Assembly (NCBI GenBank): GCA_964345255.1
Contig: CAYFQK010000004.1
Span: 1 to 43,630 of the forward strand
Length of the DNA: 43,630 nt
DNA from: an uncultured Bacteroidales bacterium
Lineage (GTDB): Bacteria; Bacteroidota; Bacteroidia; Bacteroidales; JAIPAH01
Direction of reading: 5' to 3'
In this document: in pieces, positions 14,882 through 24,802 of the stretch
Layout: each line of letters begins with the position of its first letter
How positions within the stretch are numbered: the stretch's first letter is position 1
Program-made: the position numbers and the translations under genes
The notes under the pieces: generated by a model
What the model was told of the DNA's origin: nothing
What the model saw: only the letters and a program-made list of their open reading frames with translations
Databases searched by the model: none

Positions 14882-16855
14882 ATGACAGGAGAAAACGGAT
14901 TTCATTACTTTTCGGAGCAATTTGCCGATATTAGGATTTTAAGATATAATGTTTCAGGTTTTAATAAGCTGAGCTTCAAACAAAAGAAGCTTCTTTATTT
15001 TCTTTATGAGGCTGGATTGTCGGGAAGAGACATTATCTGGGATCAGAATTATAAACATAACCTTCTCATAAGGAATGTGCTGGAGAATATTGTTCTCACT
15101 TATACGGGAGACAAAGAAGCAGAATCCTATCGAAAATTCATGGATTATGTAAAACGTGTATGGTTTTCAAATGGCATCCACCATCATTATTCGATGGACA
15201 AGATTATTCCTGAGATTTCGGAAGAATATTTTCAAACGTTAGTTTACGGTAGCGATACAGAGCGATTTCCCAATATTTTTGAATCACTCCGGGAACTGAT
15301 AGATTTTATTACGCCACTGATTTTTAGAAAAGACATCGACGCCAAGCGCGTTGTTCAGGATAAAGACAAGGACCTTGTCGAAAGCTCTGCTAATAACTTC
15401 TACGAAGGGCTTACCCAGGAAGAAGCGGAGAATTACTACAACGAGGTTATCGATCATAATGATCCCGAACCAAAGTCGTATGGTCTAAATTCCAAACTGG
15501 TCAAAGAAAAAGGGAAAGTGGTGGAGAAGGTATGGAAAACCGGTGGGATGTATGGCTATGCGCTGAGTAAAGTGGTATACTGGCTTGAAAAGGCCAAAGC
15601 AGTGGCTGAAAACAGCAAACAGGCCGAAGCACTCGATAAATTAATGGAGCATTTCAAAACCGGTGATTTGAGGAGCTTTGATGAATATAATATCCTGTGG
15701 TTAGAGGATACAGAATCCAAAATAGACTTTATCAACGGGTTCATAGAGGTTTATGGCGACCCATTAGGGCGAAAAGGAACTTTTGAATCTGTGATATCTA
15801 TAAGGGATGAAGAGGCTACAAAACGGGCCGCGACCATCAGTAAGCAGGCGGCCTGGTTTGAGTGGAACTCCCCGACTGATGAGGAGTTTAAAAAGCAAGA
15901 AATAAAAGGAGTGAACGGGAAAGCTATCAATGTGGTTTCAGAATCAGGCGATTGCTCGCCTGCCACCCCGATTGGTATCAACCTTCCTAATTCAGACTGG
16001 ATAAGAACCAGGTACGGTTCCAAGTCGGTAACCCTCTCAAACATCCTCAACGCTTACGATATCGCAGGAAAAGAGTCGGGCGTGCTGGAGGAATTTGCCT
16101 ATAGCGATGAAGAGAAGGCGAGGGGAAAGAAATATGGCTTGTTGGGGACCAATTTGCATGTTGACCTTCACGAAATTGTTGGACACGGCTCCGGGAAAAT
16201 AAAAGAAGGCGTTGGCGAACCCAGCAAAACCCTGAAAAGCTATGCGTCAACCATCGAAGAAACCAGGGCTGACCTGGTGGCATTGTACTTTGCCCTCGAC
16301 CCTAAATTGGTTGAATTAGGTCTTATGCCCGATGTCGAAGTCGGCAAAGCCGAGTATGATTCCTATATCAGGGGAGGATTACTAACTCAACTGGCCAGGG
16401 TAGCTCCGGGAAACAACCTTGAAGAGTCTCATATGCGAAACCGGCAGCTTATTGCCGGATGGGCTTACCATAAATCTAAGCACCAGAACGTCATCGAGAA
16501 AAAGTATGAAGACGGTAAAACCTATTTCGTGGTGAATGATTACGAATTACTGAGGGAGTTTTTTGGAATTTTATTAAAAGAAGTTCAGCGCATAAAATCG
16601 ACAGGTGATTATGAGGCTGCCCAACGTTTGGTTGAGACATACGGAGTGGAAGTAGATAAAAATTTACACAAAGAAGTTCTGCAGCGGTGGGAAAAACTGA
16701 AAATTGCTCCCTATACCGGTTTTATTAACCCCGTACTTAAACCTCTGGAAAAAGATGGGGAGATTAAGGACGTGTTGATTGATTACCCGGATAACTTCAT
16801 GGAGCAGATGCTCTATTATGGCAAATATTATTCGACGCTTCCTTTTTCGTCTTAA
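14882..16855 (+). CDS. Dipeptidyl-peptidase III (peptidase M49)
   Basis: Hexapeptide zinc motif HEIVGH, EETRAD, GINLPN, FIEVYGDPLG and EESHMRNR. Confidence 0.93.
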   Translation: MTGENGFHYFSEQFADIRILRYNVSGFNKLSFKQKKLLYFLYEAGLSGRDIIWDQNYKHNLLIRNVLENIVLTYTGDKEAESYRKFMDYVKRVWFSNGIHHHYSMDKIIPEISEEYFQTLVYGSDTERFPNIFESLRELIDFITPLIFRKDIDAKRVVQDKDKDLVESSANNFYEGLTQEEAENYYNEVIDHNDPEPKSYGLNSKLVKEKGKVVEKVWKTGGMYGYALSKVVYWLEKAKAVAENSKQAEALDKLMEHFKTGDLRSFDEYNILWLEDTESKIDFINGFIEVYGDPLGRKGTFESVISIRDEEATKRAATISKQAAWFEWNSPTDEEFKKQEIKGVNGKAINVVSESGDCSPATPIGINLPNSDWIRTRYGSKSVTLSNILNAYDIAGKESGVLEEFAYSDEEKARGKKYGLLGTNLHVDLHEIVGHGSGKIKEGVGEPSKTLKSYASTIEETRADLVALYFALDPKLVELGLMPDVEVGKAEYDSYIRGGLLTQLARVAPGNNLEESHMRNRQLIAGWAYHKSKHQNVIEKKYEDGKTYFVVNDYELLREFFGILLKEVQRIKSTGDYEAAQRLVETYGVEVDKNLHKEVLQRWEKLKIAPYTGFINPVLKPLEKDGEIKDVLIDYPDNFMEQMLYYGKYYSTLPFSS

Positions 16856-16892
16856 AATAACTGAAGGAATACTTGTGATTGCGCCCCGATAG

Positions 16893-17108
16893 CTAGATGT
16901 CCATAATAAAGTCACTGAAGTGCCTCGCTTTAGGCTTAGTCTCTATTTTTTCCACCTTAAAAGGCGTTTCCACTAACTCCAGTGGCTCGTGTTCATTATC
17001 TGAAACCTTCTCCAGAAGGCTTTGCAGTTGCCGCCAGTCATCGATGGCAATTTTGACAGCTTTGTCCTGTCCTTCTGAGTCTTTGATATAGTGTACTTTA
17101 ACTTTCAT
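16893..17108 (-). CDS. Small hypothetical protein, antitoxin-like N-terminus
   Basis: 71 aa, VHYIKDSEGQDKAVKIAIDDWRQL. Dedicated TACTTTTG element at 17114-17121. Confidence 0.7.
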   Translation of the reverse strand: MKVKVHYIKDSEGQDKAVKIAIDDWRQLQSLLEKVSDNEHEPLELVETPFKVEKIETKPKARHFSDFIMDI

Positions 17109-17244
17109 GGTTGCAAAAGTATTTAGAAATTTGTATATAACTATACGTTAAAACCCATAATTGGTTTATATTCAGCAATAAATAATTATTCTAAATAAGA
17201 CCCTCTTAATTTTGGCGGAATTAACTATTTTTGTGGCTTGTTAA

Positions 17245-18987
17245 ATGATACAGATCATGCGTAAAGTTTTTGGATTATTCGTTCTGGTTGTATTGCTGGC
17301 AACCCTTTCTTTTTCTCAAAGTACTTCTAAAAATATCACTTTCAGAGCCCCTGTTGATTTTCCCATGAGATTATCGGGCACCTTCGGTGAATTGCGCTCG
17401 GGGCACTTTCATGCCGGTATCGATATTAAGACGTATGAGCAAACCGGGAAAGTCGTCCGGATGATAGACGATGGGCATATTTCGCGGATAAAGATTCGTG
17501 CCGGTGGGTATGGCAAAGCCATTTATGTTACTCACAATAATGGCTATACCTCAGTTTTTGCGCATCTTAAAACATTTAACCGGACCATAAATAAATATAT
17601 CAGGAAGCTGCAGCTAAAGAAAGAGTCTTACGAAATTGATGTGGCAGTACCTAAATACAGGCTGTATTATAAAAAAGGAGATATTATTGCCTATACCGGG
17701 AATAGTGGCTACTCAATGGGGCCGCATCTTCATTTTGAAATACGCGAAACCAGGAATCAAAGACCAGTTAATCCACTTTATTTTGGGTTTGATATAAAAG
17801 ATGATATTCCCCCTGCTTTGCTGGGTCTAAAAGTTTATCAAAATGAAAACGCATTTGCTGATTCATCCCAAAAGGAATATGAACTTGAAGGTCAAAGTGG
17901 AAAATACAAACTGAAAAGTAAAAGTGATACCCTGAAAGTCAAAGGCAAAGTGAGTTTTGGTATAAGCGCTATCGACAAGCTTAATGATACGCCTAATCCG
18001 GATGGAGTATACAAAATTCGCCTGTTGAAAAATGACACAGCAGTTTTTACCTGGACCGCCGACCGCTTTTCTTTTTATGAAACAAGATATATAAACAGTC
18101 TTATTGATTACGGGGAGTACCAGGATACGAAAAGGCGTTTTGTCAGATCGGAAATTGATCCTTACAATAAACTAAGCATGTACGAGAGGGTGCGAAACCA
18201 GGGGCTATATAGTATTTCAAAGGATAGTGTGGCGCATTTTCATTACCAGGTTTCTGATTACTTCGGGAATACTTCTGAAATTGATTTTTATGTAAAAAAT
18301 GTGGATAATCAAACCCGCGAGTGCCTTACAATATCCTCAAATAGCGATTCGGTTATTATAAATCCCTCGAAAGGAAAGATGATAAAAATAGGCGATTTAA
18401 GTGTGAAATTTCCAAAGCATGCCTTTTACCGGGAAACTATATTTTTTGCTGAGAAGCATCTTCCCGATTCCATTAAGCCTTTCCCGCTCTTTCATCTCGG
18501 AGACAGAAAAGAGCCTGTGCACAAATACTTTACAATAAAAACGGACGCCCACTCTGTGAATGACTCCCTTTTAAATAAAGCACTCTGGGGACGTTATGAT
18601 AAGGAGGATGGTTTTGAAGCGGTCAAAAGCAAAAAATCAAAAGGAGCCCTTATTGGAACCATCCGGAAATTTGGCATGTACGGGATAAAAATAGATACAG
18701 TACCTCCAATAGTTGATATTCAAAACCTTAATAAAAATGACACGATCAGTCTGAAAAAGGAAGATGCATTTCGCTTTAAAATGAAGGACCATCTCTCAGG
18801 AATTGCCGATTACGACCTGTATCTGAACAATAATTGGGTGATTGGTGAATATGATGCGAAAAATGATTTACTAATTTATCGTTTTGATGAATTTCTCAAA
18901 AAAGGTAAAAATACCTTAAAGCTGGAAGTAAAGGACGAGAAAGATAATGTCAGTGTCAAAACGTATGATTTTGTGATAAAAAACTGA
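17245..18987 (+). CDS. M23 family metallopeptidase, exported
   Basis: GTFGELRSGHFHAGID, YGK, FAHL, and GNSGYSMGPHLHFE. Signal peptide from ATG 17257. Confidence 0.92.
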   Translation: MIQIMRKVFGLFVLVVLLATLSFSQSTSKNITFRAPVDFPMRLSGTFGELRSGHFHAGIDIKTYEQTGKVVRMIDDGHISRIKIRAGGYGKAIYVTHNNGYTSVFAHLKTFNRTINKYIRKLQLKKESYEIDVAVPKYRLYYKKGDIIAYTGNSGYSMGPHLHFEIRETRNQRPVNPLYFGFDIKDDIPPALLGLKVYQNENAFADSSQKEYELEGQSGKYKLKSKSDTLKVKGKVSFGISAIDKLNDTPNPDGVYKIRLLKNDTAVFTWTADRFSFYETRYINSLIDYGEYQDTKRRFVRSEIDPYNKLSMYERVRNQGLYSISKDSVAHFHYQVSDYFGNTSEIDFYVKNVDNQTRECLTISSNSDSVIINPSKGKMIKIGDLSVKFPKHAFYRETIFFAEKHLPDSIKPFPLFHLGDRKEPVHKYFTIKTDAHSVNDSLLNKALWGRYDKEDGFEAVKSKKSKGALIGTIRKFGMYGIKIDTVPPIVDIQNLNKNDTISLKKEDAFRFKMKDHLSGIADYDLYLNNNWVIGEYDAKNDLLIYRFDEFLKKGKNTLKLEVKDEKDNVSVKTYDFVIKN

Positions 18988-19340
18988 TTACCAAGGGTTA
19001 TTTCATCTATTGACCTCTTTTAATGAAGACAAAGGTGGTTTTCCTTGTTGTTTCGATTTGTATTTTTTTCTTTTCTGACAGTGAGAATTTCAGGGATAAT
19101 ATTACTTTAGCAACCGTTTAATCTGGAGTGGTTGTATAGGTTGTTTAAGTTGGCATTTAACAGAAAAAATATTTTTTTTAATATAACCTTTTAACTGATG
19201 CAACGTAAAACCCCCTAAAACTGGTCTAGTAATATAATGATTTAGTTTATAATTTTTTAATTTACGCTTAATCATTTCATTTACAACTATTTAGATAGCT
19301 AATATGATTCTAATACAACGTCCGTAAAATTTTCTATGAT

Positions 19341-22300
19341 ATGAGAGGTATCTTTACATTAAAGAAATGGCTATTCAGAAGGGTTATTCTTCTGTTTATA
19401 GTCCTAATCACATTCCCTTTAACAGGGTTGCCCCAAAATGAAAATTCAAATAATTCACAGTTAAATGAAAACGACGAAGAAAATGATTTTCTGATTGAGG
19501 GTTTAGGAGTACCAGGCACCAATGGGGCCCGGGTTGATTCTGCTTATGCAGATTTTTACTGGGAGGAACCCACATGCTATACCAGCCCGGTTCAGTTTTT
19601 TGATAATTCATGGATTCCAGATACCATCAATCATGTTATCGAGGAATGGTTTTGGGAGTTTGGTGATGGGAATGATTCAACATTTACATTGGGAGAAGAT
19701 CCCAACGTAGCATACCAATACAGCGATCCGGGGGATTATGATGTTTCATTAACCATTACCACCGATGCCGGTTATGTTGATTCCGTTACTTATACCGTGG
19801 GGATAGATCCGGTGCCGGTAGCTAATTTCTCCTGGGATAATAACTGTGAAGGAGAAACGGTGCAGTTTACAAACCTCACCCAGCAAAATGGTTCTGGCTC
19901 TGTGACTTTTGTTGAATGGGATTTCGGCGATCCGGCCAGCGGTTCGGATAATACATCCGATTTGTGGGAGCCTTCACATACCTATGAGGAGCCGGGACAG
20001 TATGCGGTTACGCTCACTGTAGGAGCCACCAATGGGTGTAGCAACACTACAGTGGATACAGTAACAATAAAACCCTCCCCTTCGGTTGCTTTTACCACCC
20101 GGGGGGGGAGTTGCGCGGGGAGCAACATCGAGTTCGAAATTAGTCAGCCCCGGCCTGAGGAAATCCAGAGTGTGCTGTGGGATTTTGATGACGGGAATAC
20201 ATCCACAGGCCTTGCACCTAGTCACGCTTATGAAACAGGCGGCACTTACGACGTAAACCTGGCCGTAACCGACACGTCCGGTTGCACAGGAGATACTACA
20301 CAACCCGTAGAAGTACTCTCTATTCCTGAACCAGATTTTACGGCTTCTGCAAATACCTGCGCCTCCGATCCGGTTGAGTTTAGCGATCAATCTGAGGCTG
20401 ATGAACAAATAGATACGTGGTTGTATGAGTTTGGTGATGGAAATGATACGACCTTCAGAGATCCTCCAGGAAACTTTACATATCAATACAATGATGCAGG
20501 AACTTTCAATGTAACCTTGACTATCACAACTGTTTCAGGATGTGTAAACGATACGGTTAAACAAGTTACTACATTGCAGACGCCGGTAGCCGATTTTGGG
20601 TTTAATGGCAATTGCGAAAACGAAGCCGTGGCATTTCAGGATGGTTCGCAGGCCGCCGGAGGTACGGAAGTCAGCACCTGGTCATGGGACTTTGGCGACC
20701 CCTCATCCGGTTCAGATAACTTCTCGAATGTCCCTAATCCTTTCCATGATTTCACCGCAGCCGATACATTTGACGTGCAGCTTGAAGTCGGCAACCTTGC
20801 CGGTTGTTACGACACCATTGTGAAGCAGGTGCCCATTAGCCAACCTCCTGAAGCAGGGATTTCTGTAACTTCTTCTACTTGCCAAAATACGGTAACCTAT
20901 TTTGCCCCCGATACATCTGTTGTTGACACCCCTGCTATTGCTGTTTATGAATGGTCTTTCGGAGATGGTACAGGAACAAGCGGCCAGTATGTAGAACATA
21001 CTTATAGTACTTACGGAGAATATGATGTCACCCTCACGGTTATTGATACAGTGGGCTGCTCAGCCAGCGCCACCACTACAATCAGTGTATCCGAAACCCC
21101 CACGGCTGTATTCAGTTATGATGAGGCATGCCAGGGAGGAGCTACCCAATTTACTGATTACTCCTATATAGCTAACGATGAAGATGCTTACATAGAAACA
21201 TGGTACTGGTCGTTCAACGATCCGGCAGCACCTGATTCAGCCTCTAACCACTCGAGCAATAAGGATCCCCTGCACGTTTATGATACATCAGGAACTTACC
21301 CGGTTACGCTGGTAGTTACAACAAATACCGGATGTGTGGATTCAGTGACGAACAACGTCACAGTTCAACCGAATCCCATAGCATGGTACGAGCCTGACAC
21401 GGCTGCCTGCGGTGAAGGAAGGGTTAATTTTTATGATATGTCGACCAGTGAAAACTCTACCATTACCAACTGGCAATGGAATTTTGAACCTGGCTATGGT
21501 GCGGATATACCGAACCCCTCTTATACCTTTAGTCAAGTGGATAGTACTTACAACGTGCAGCTTGTAGCCACAGATGCTCACGGGTGTAAAGATACCGTGG
21601 TGCGGCCGGTTAGCGTTCCTAAGGGCTACAAGGCTGATTTCAGTTTTAATAAAACCTGTCTGGGTTCGCCTACAGTTTTTCAGCCAGAACTTGTTTCCCC
21701 GGATGGCGATTCAATTATTTTCACCCATTGGAAGTTTGGCGACGGTTCTCAATCGGCTGAATATACCCCGGAGCACATGTACCTGGAGGCAGGAAACTAT
21801 GCCGTTACACTTAAAGCAACCAACACCAGCTATTGCATTGATAGCATCACAAAAAATATAAGGGTGTATGACGTACCGGACCCTGCCTTTAGCTACAATT
21901 CATATTCATGCGATAGTAATGTGTATATGGTTGATGAAACCACCCCTTCTGATGAAATCAGCACCTGGATATGGAGGTGGGGAGATGGTTCTCCCAATGA
22001 TACCATTAACGCACCATTTTCACCCGATATTAGCCATCAGTACGTTGAGCCGGGCGATTATCCGGTCTCGCTAACAGTAATTAATGATGATGGTTGCAGT
22101 AATACGGTATCCGATTCAGTTTACCGTAAACCATGTTCCAACTTCATGGTTTCGACCAGTCCGGTTTGCCAGAATAATCCTGTGACTTTTGTGGATTCAA
22201 CAACGCTGGATTCTGAAAATGCTGAATGGAAATGGATTTTTGGGGATGGATCCGATACAACGATAAGGTTTAAAACACCTAATGTTTATCATACCTACGA

Positions 22301-23522
22301 CACTACCGGGTTACTTCAAGTCTCTCTAATAACCAGAACAACAGCCGGTGGCGGGCAGCCTATTGTTGATACCATAACCAAAACAATTAATATCAGGCCA
22401 AGCCCGACAGCTCAGTACTCTTATGATACGACATGTGTTTATGAGTCGATGAACTTTGCGGATATTACAAACACAGATACAGCGGATGTGGTACAATGGC
22501 ACTGGGATTTCGGTGTTGACAGCTTGCAGAGTGATACTTCAGTACTGAAAGAGCCTTCTTATAACTATGATAATTATGGAACCTACGCCGTTAGGTTGCA
22601 GGTTATTAACGAGTTCGGTTGTCAGGATTCTGTTGTTCAGGATGTGCCTGTTCATCAGAAACCGGAAGCTGAGTTCGTTTTCGATACTGCCTGCTCTTCC
22701 TATCCGAATTATTTTTATGATATGACGGATACGACAGGTTTTGTCGGAAGAATAACCCACTGGCACTGGGATTTCGGATTAGAGGGTGACCGTTCCGATA
22801 CAGCAAATATCAGTGAACCTCAATTCACGTATGAGGAGGAAGGAACTCATGAAGTCCGTCTTGAAGTAGAAGATATCTATGGGTGCCGTGATACAGTAAA
22901 TAAAACTGTAGTGACTCATCCTTCCCCAACGGCCTCTTTTGAAATAGAAAAAGATTATGAAGACAAGCCGGGAAGGTTTAATATCATGAATAATTCAGAA
23001 GATGTTGATTACTATGAATGGGATATCACTGGTATAGACTGGGAGTATGATACCGAGTATCATGAAGATGACTTTAGTCCGGTAATTCTTTTTAGTGAAG
23101 ATGGGTTATACGAACTACAATTAGTAATCTGGAATGACTATAATTGTGCCGATACTATGAAGGTTTCAGATAGTCTGCTTTTCAGAGGCCTTTACGTTCC
23201 AAACGCATTCGCTCCCGATTCACCTCAGGAAGGGGTACAAGAGTTTAAGCCTGTTGGGCAAAACATCAAAGAAGATACTTACAGCATAAAAATCTTTGAT
23301 GTGAAAGGGAACCTGCTTTGGGAATCCCGGGAACTTGATGATGAAGGCGCACCTGCCGAAGGATGGGACGGAACTTTTGAAGGCGACCCCTTACCACAGG
23401 GCGTTTACGTCTGGAAAATCGAAGCTGTTTTCCAGGACGGAACCGTCTGGAAAGGAAATGAAACAGGAACCAGTGAGTTTAGTTCAGGGCAACGTCAAGG
23501 AACACTTACATTAATTCGTTAG
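19341..23522 (+). CDS. PKD-repeat surface protein with T9SS type-B C-terminal domain
   Basis: About 14 PKD units (W.FGDG..P.H.Y...G.Y.V.L.V....GC). The C-terminus has LYVPNAFAP..IFD..G..GWDG..LPQGVYVW..GTLTLIR. Confidence 0.93.
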   Translation: MRGIFTLKKWLFRRVILLFIVLITFPLTGLPQNENSNNSQLNENDEENDFLIEGLGVPGTNGARVDSAYADFYWEEPTCYTSPVQFFDNSWIPDTINHVIEEWFWEFGDGNDSTFTLGEDPNVAYQYSDPGDYDVSLTITTDAGYVDSVTYTVGIDPVPVANFSWDNNCEGETVQFTNLTQQNGSGSVTFVEWDFGDPASGSDNTSDLWEPSHTYEEPGQYAVTLTVGATNGCSNTTVDTVTIKPSPSVAFTTRGGSCAGSNIEFEISQPRPEEIQSVLWDFDDGNTSTGLAPSHAYETGGTYDVNLAVTDTSGCTGDTTQPVEVLSIPEPDFTASANTCASDPVEFSDQSEADEQIDTWLYEFGDGNDTTFRDPPGNFTYQYNDAGTFNVTLTITTVSGCVNDTVKQVTTLQTPVADFGFNGNCENEAVAFQDGSQAAGGTEVSTWSWDFGDPSSGSDNFSNVPNPFHDFTAADTFDVQLEVGNLAGCYDTIVKQVPISQPPEAGISVTSSTCQNTVTYFAPDTSVVDTPAIAVYEWSFGDGTGTSGQYVEHTYSTYGEYDVTLTVIDTVGCSASATTTISVSETPTAVFSYDEACQGGATQFTDYSYIANDEDAYIETWYWSFNDPAAPDSASNHSSNKDPLHVYDTSGTYPVTLVVTTNTGCVDSVTNNVTVQPNPIAWYEPDTAACGEGRVNFYDMSTSENSTITNWQWNFEPGYGADIPNPSYTFSQVDSTYNVQLVATDAHGCKDTVVRPVSVPKGYKADFSFNKTCLGSPTVFQPELVSPDGDSIIFTHWKFGDGSQSAEYTPEHMYLEAGNYAVTLKATNTSYCIDSITKNIRVYDVPDPAFSYNSYSCDSNVYMVDETTPSDEISTWIWRWGDGSPNDTINAPFSPDISHQYVEPGDYPVSLTVINDDGCSNTVSDSVYRKPCSNFMVSTSPVCQNNPVTFVDSTTLDSENAEWKWIFGDGSDTTIRFKTPNVYHTYDTTGLLQVSLITRTTAGGGQPIVDTITKTINIRPSPTAQYSYDTTCVYESMNFADITNTDTADVVQWHWDFGVDSLQSDTSVLKEPSYNYDNYGTYAVRLQVINEFGCQDSVVQDVPVHQKPEAEFVFDTACSSYPNYFYDMTDTTGFVGRITHWHWDFGLEGDRSDTANISEPQFTYEEEGTHEVRLEVEDIYGCRDTVNKTVVTHPSPTASFEIEKDYEDKPGRFNIMNNSEDVDYYEWDITGIDWEYDTEYHEDDFSPVILFSEDGLYELQLVIWNDYNCADTMKVSDSLLFRGLYVPNAFAPDSPQEGVQEFKPVGQNIKEDTYSIKIFDVKGNLLWESRELDDEGAPAEGWDGTFEGDPLPQGVYVWKIEAVFQDGTVWKGNETGTSEFSSGQRQGTLTLIR

Positions 23523-23542
23523 AAGAAAAGAAAAGGAATACT

Positions 23543-24664
23543 ATGAAAAACAATAAATTAACTACCGGTATTTTAACTTTGTTGTTGGCTTTTCTTTCAG
23601 CCGGACAGCTCAAAGCACAGGATCCGAATTTTTCGCAATATTTCAATAACCCGATATATTATAATCCGGCTTTGATCGGAGCGGATATCGGAACCAAAGT
23701 CCGTTTTCAATACAGAAATCAATGGACGCAGCTCCCTGGTGAATTTAAGACAATTAATTTCAACATGGATGTTGCAGAGAGGAAGATGCCTGGCTCAGGA
23801 GGATTGGGGCTGATGTTCAATCGCAAACAGGAAGGACAGGGATTCCTTGAAACCTCGAATATTGGACTGGGAATGTCCGTCCGGGTTCCGCTGCAGCAGA
23901 ATATCGTAACGCAGCTCGGGTTTATGGGGAGTTTTGTAAGCCGAAGTGTGAATTGGAACAACCTGTTGTTTAGTGATCAACTTGATCCTCGATATGGTTA
24001 TATCGGGGGCTCAAATTTCACTCCGCCCGATGAAGGGGGACAGGGACAGGTTACTTATCCTGATTTGACCATTGGAAATATTGTTCGATTCTTTCCGGAA
24101 TCCATGAGCGGTAGTAAGATGATTGGAACACTCGGTGTAGCACTTCACCACACGCTCAAGCCCGATGATTCTTATATTGGAATTCCTACCGAAATTCCTC
24201 AGAAATGGGTGGTTCACGGCAATATGCTTTGGGTAAAGCAAGGGGCCTCATCAACCTTTAGCGACAATCCCTTCTCAGGGCTTACAAAATATGATTTCGG
24301 ATTCCTTCTCGAATCCTGGCAGCAACGGAGCAACTTTGCTCTGGGGATGAACGTCATGCAGTCGAATCTGTATTTTGGTGCATGGTACAAAGGAGAAAGC
24401 TATGGCGAATTTCGCTCTGATGCTATGGTATTTATGTTAGGAGTCAATTACGGAATTGCAGATAACGCCCGTATGAAAATAATGTATTCTTACGACTGGG
24501 CGCTTAATGAACTGGTGAGCATCAGCGGTCCGACCCACGAGATCACCCTTATTATGCAACTGGATGATTTGATGATGTTTGGGTTTGGCGATAGTTTCGG
24601 GTCGTCCCCAGGCGCCCGTTCAGGCGGTGTTGTGAAGAAACCGCTCGAATGTTCCCCTTTCTGA
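23543..24664 (+). CDS. PorP/SprF family T9SS outer-membrane protein
   Basis: AQDPNFSQYFNNPIYYNPA, YRNQW, YSYD and THEI motifs. Lies directly after the type-B substrate. Confidence 0.92.
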   Translation: MKNNKLTTGILTLLLAFLSAGQLKAQDPNFSQYFNNPIYYNPALIGADIGTKVRFQYRNQWTQLPGEFKTINFNMDVAERKMPGSGGLGLMFNRKQEGQGFLETSNIGLGMSVRVPLQQNIVTQLGFMGSFVSRSVNWNNLLFSDQLDPRYGYIGGSNFTPPDEGGQGQVTYPDLTIGNIVRFFPESMSGSKMIGTLGVALHHTLKPDDSYIGIPTEIPQKWVVHGNMLWVKQGASSTFSDNPFSGLTKYDFGFLLESWQQRSNFALGMNVMQSNLYFGAWYKGESYGEFRSDAMVFMLGVNYGIADNARMKIMYSYDWALNELVSISGPTHEITLIMQLDDLMMFGFGDSFGSSPGARSGGVVKKPLECSPF

Positions 24665-24691
24665 GAAAAGAGAGTTTATGCAAGATATATC

Positions 24692-24724
24692 AAAGCATCG
24701 GTTTTACCGGTGCTTTTTCTTTTT
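24692..24724 (+). terminator. Intrinsic terminator after the porP/sprF-like gene
   Basis: AAAGCATCGG-TTTTA-CCGGTGCTTT followed by TTCTTTT. Confidence 0.85.
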
Positions 24725-24802
24725 CAGGTAGTTGATTGTCAGTTAATATAAATTTTAAGCTCCTTTCAAGGTTGACTGAAACCGATGTCGTATATTTGCA
24801 GC

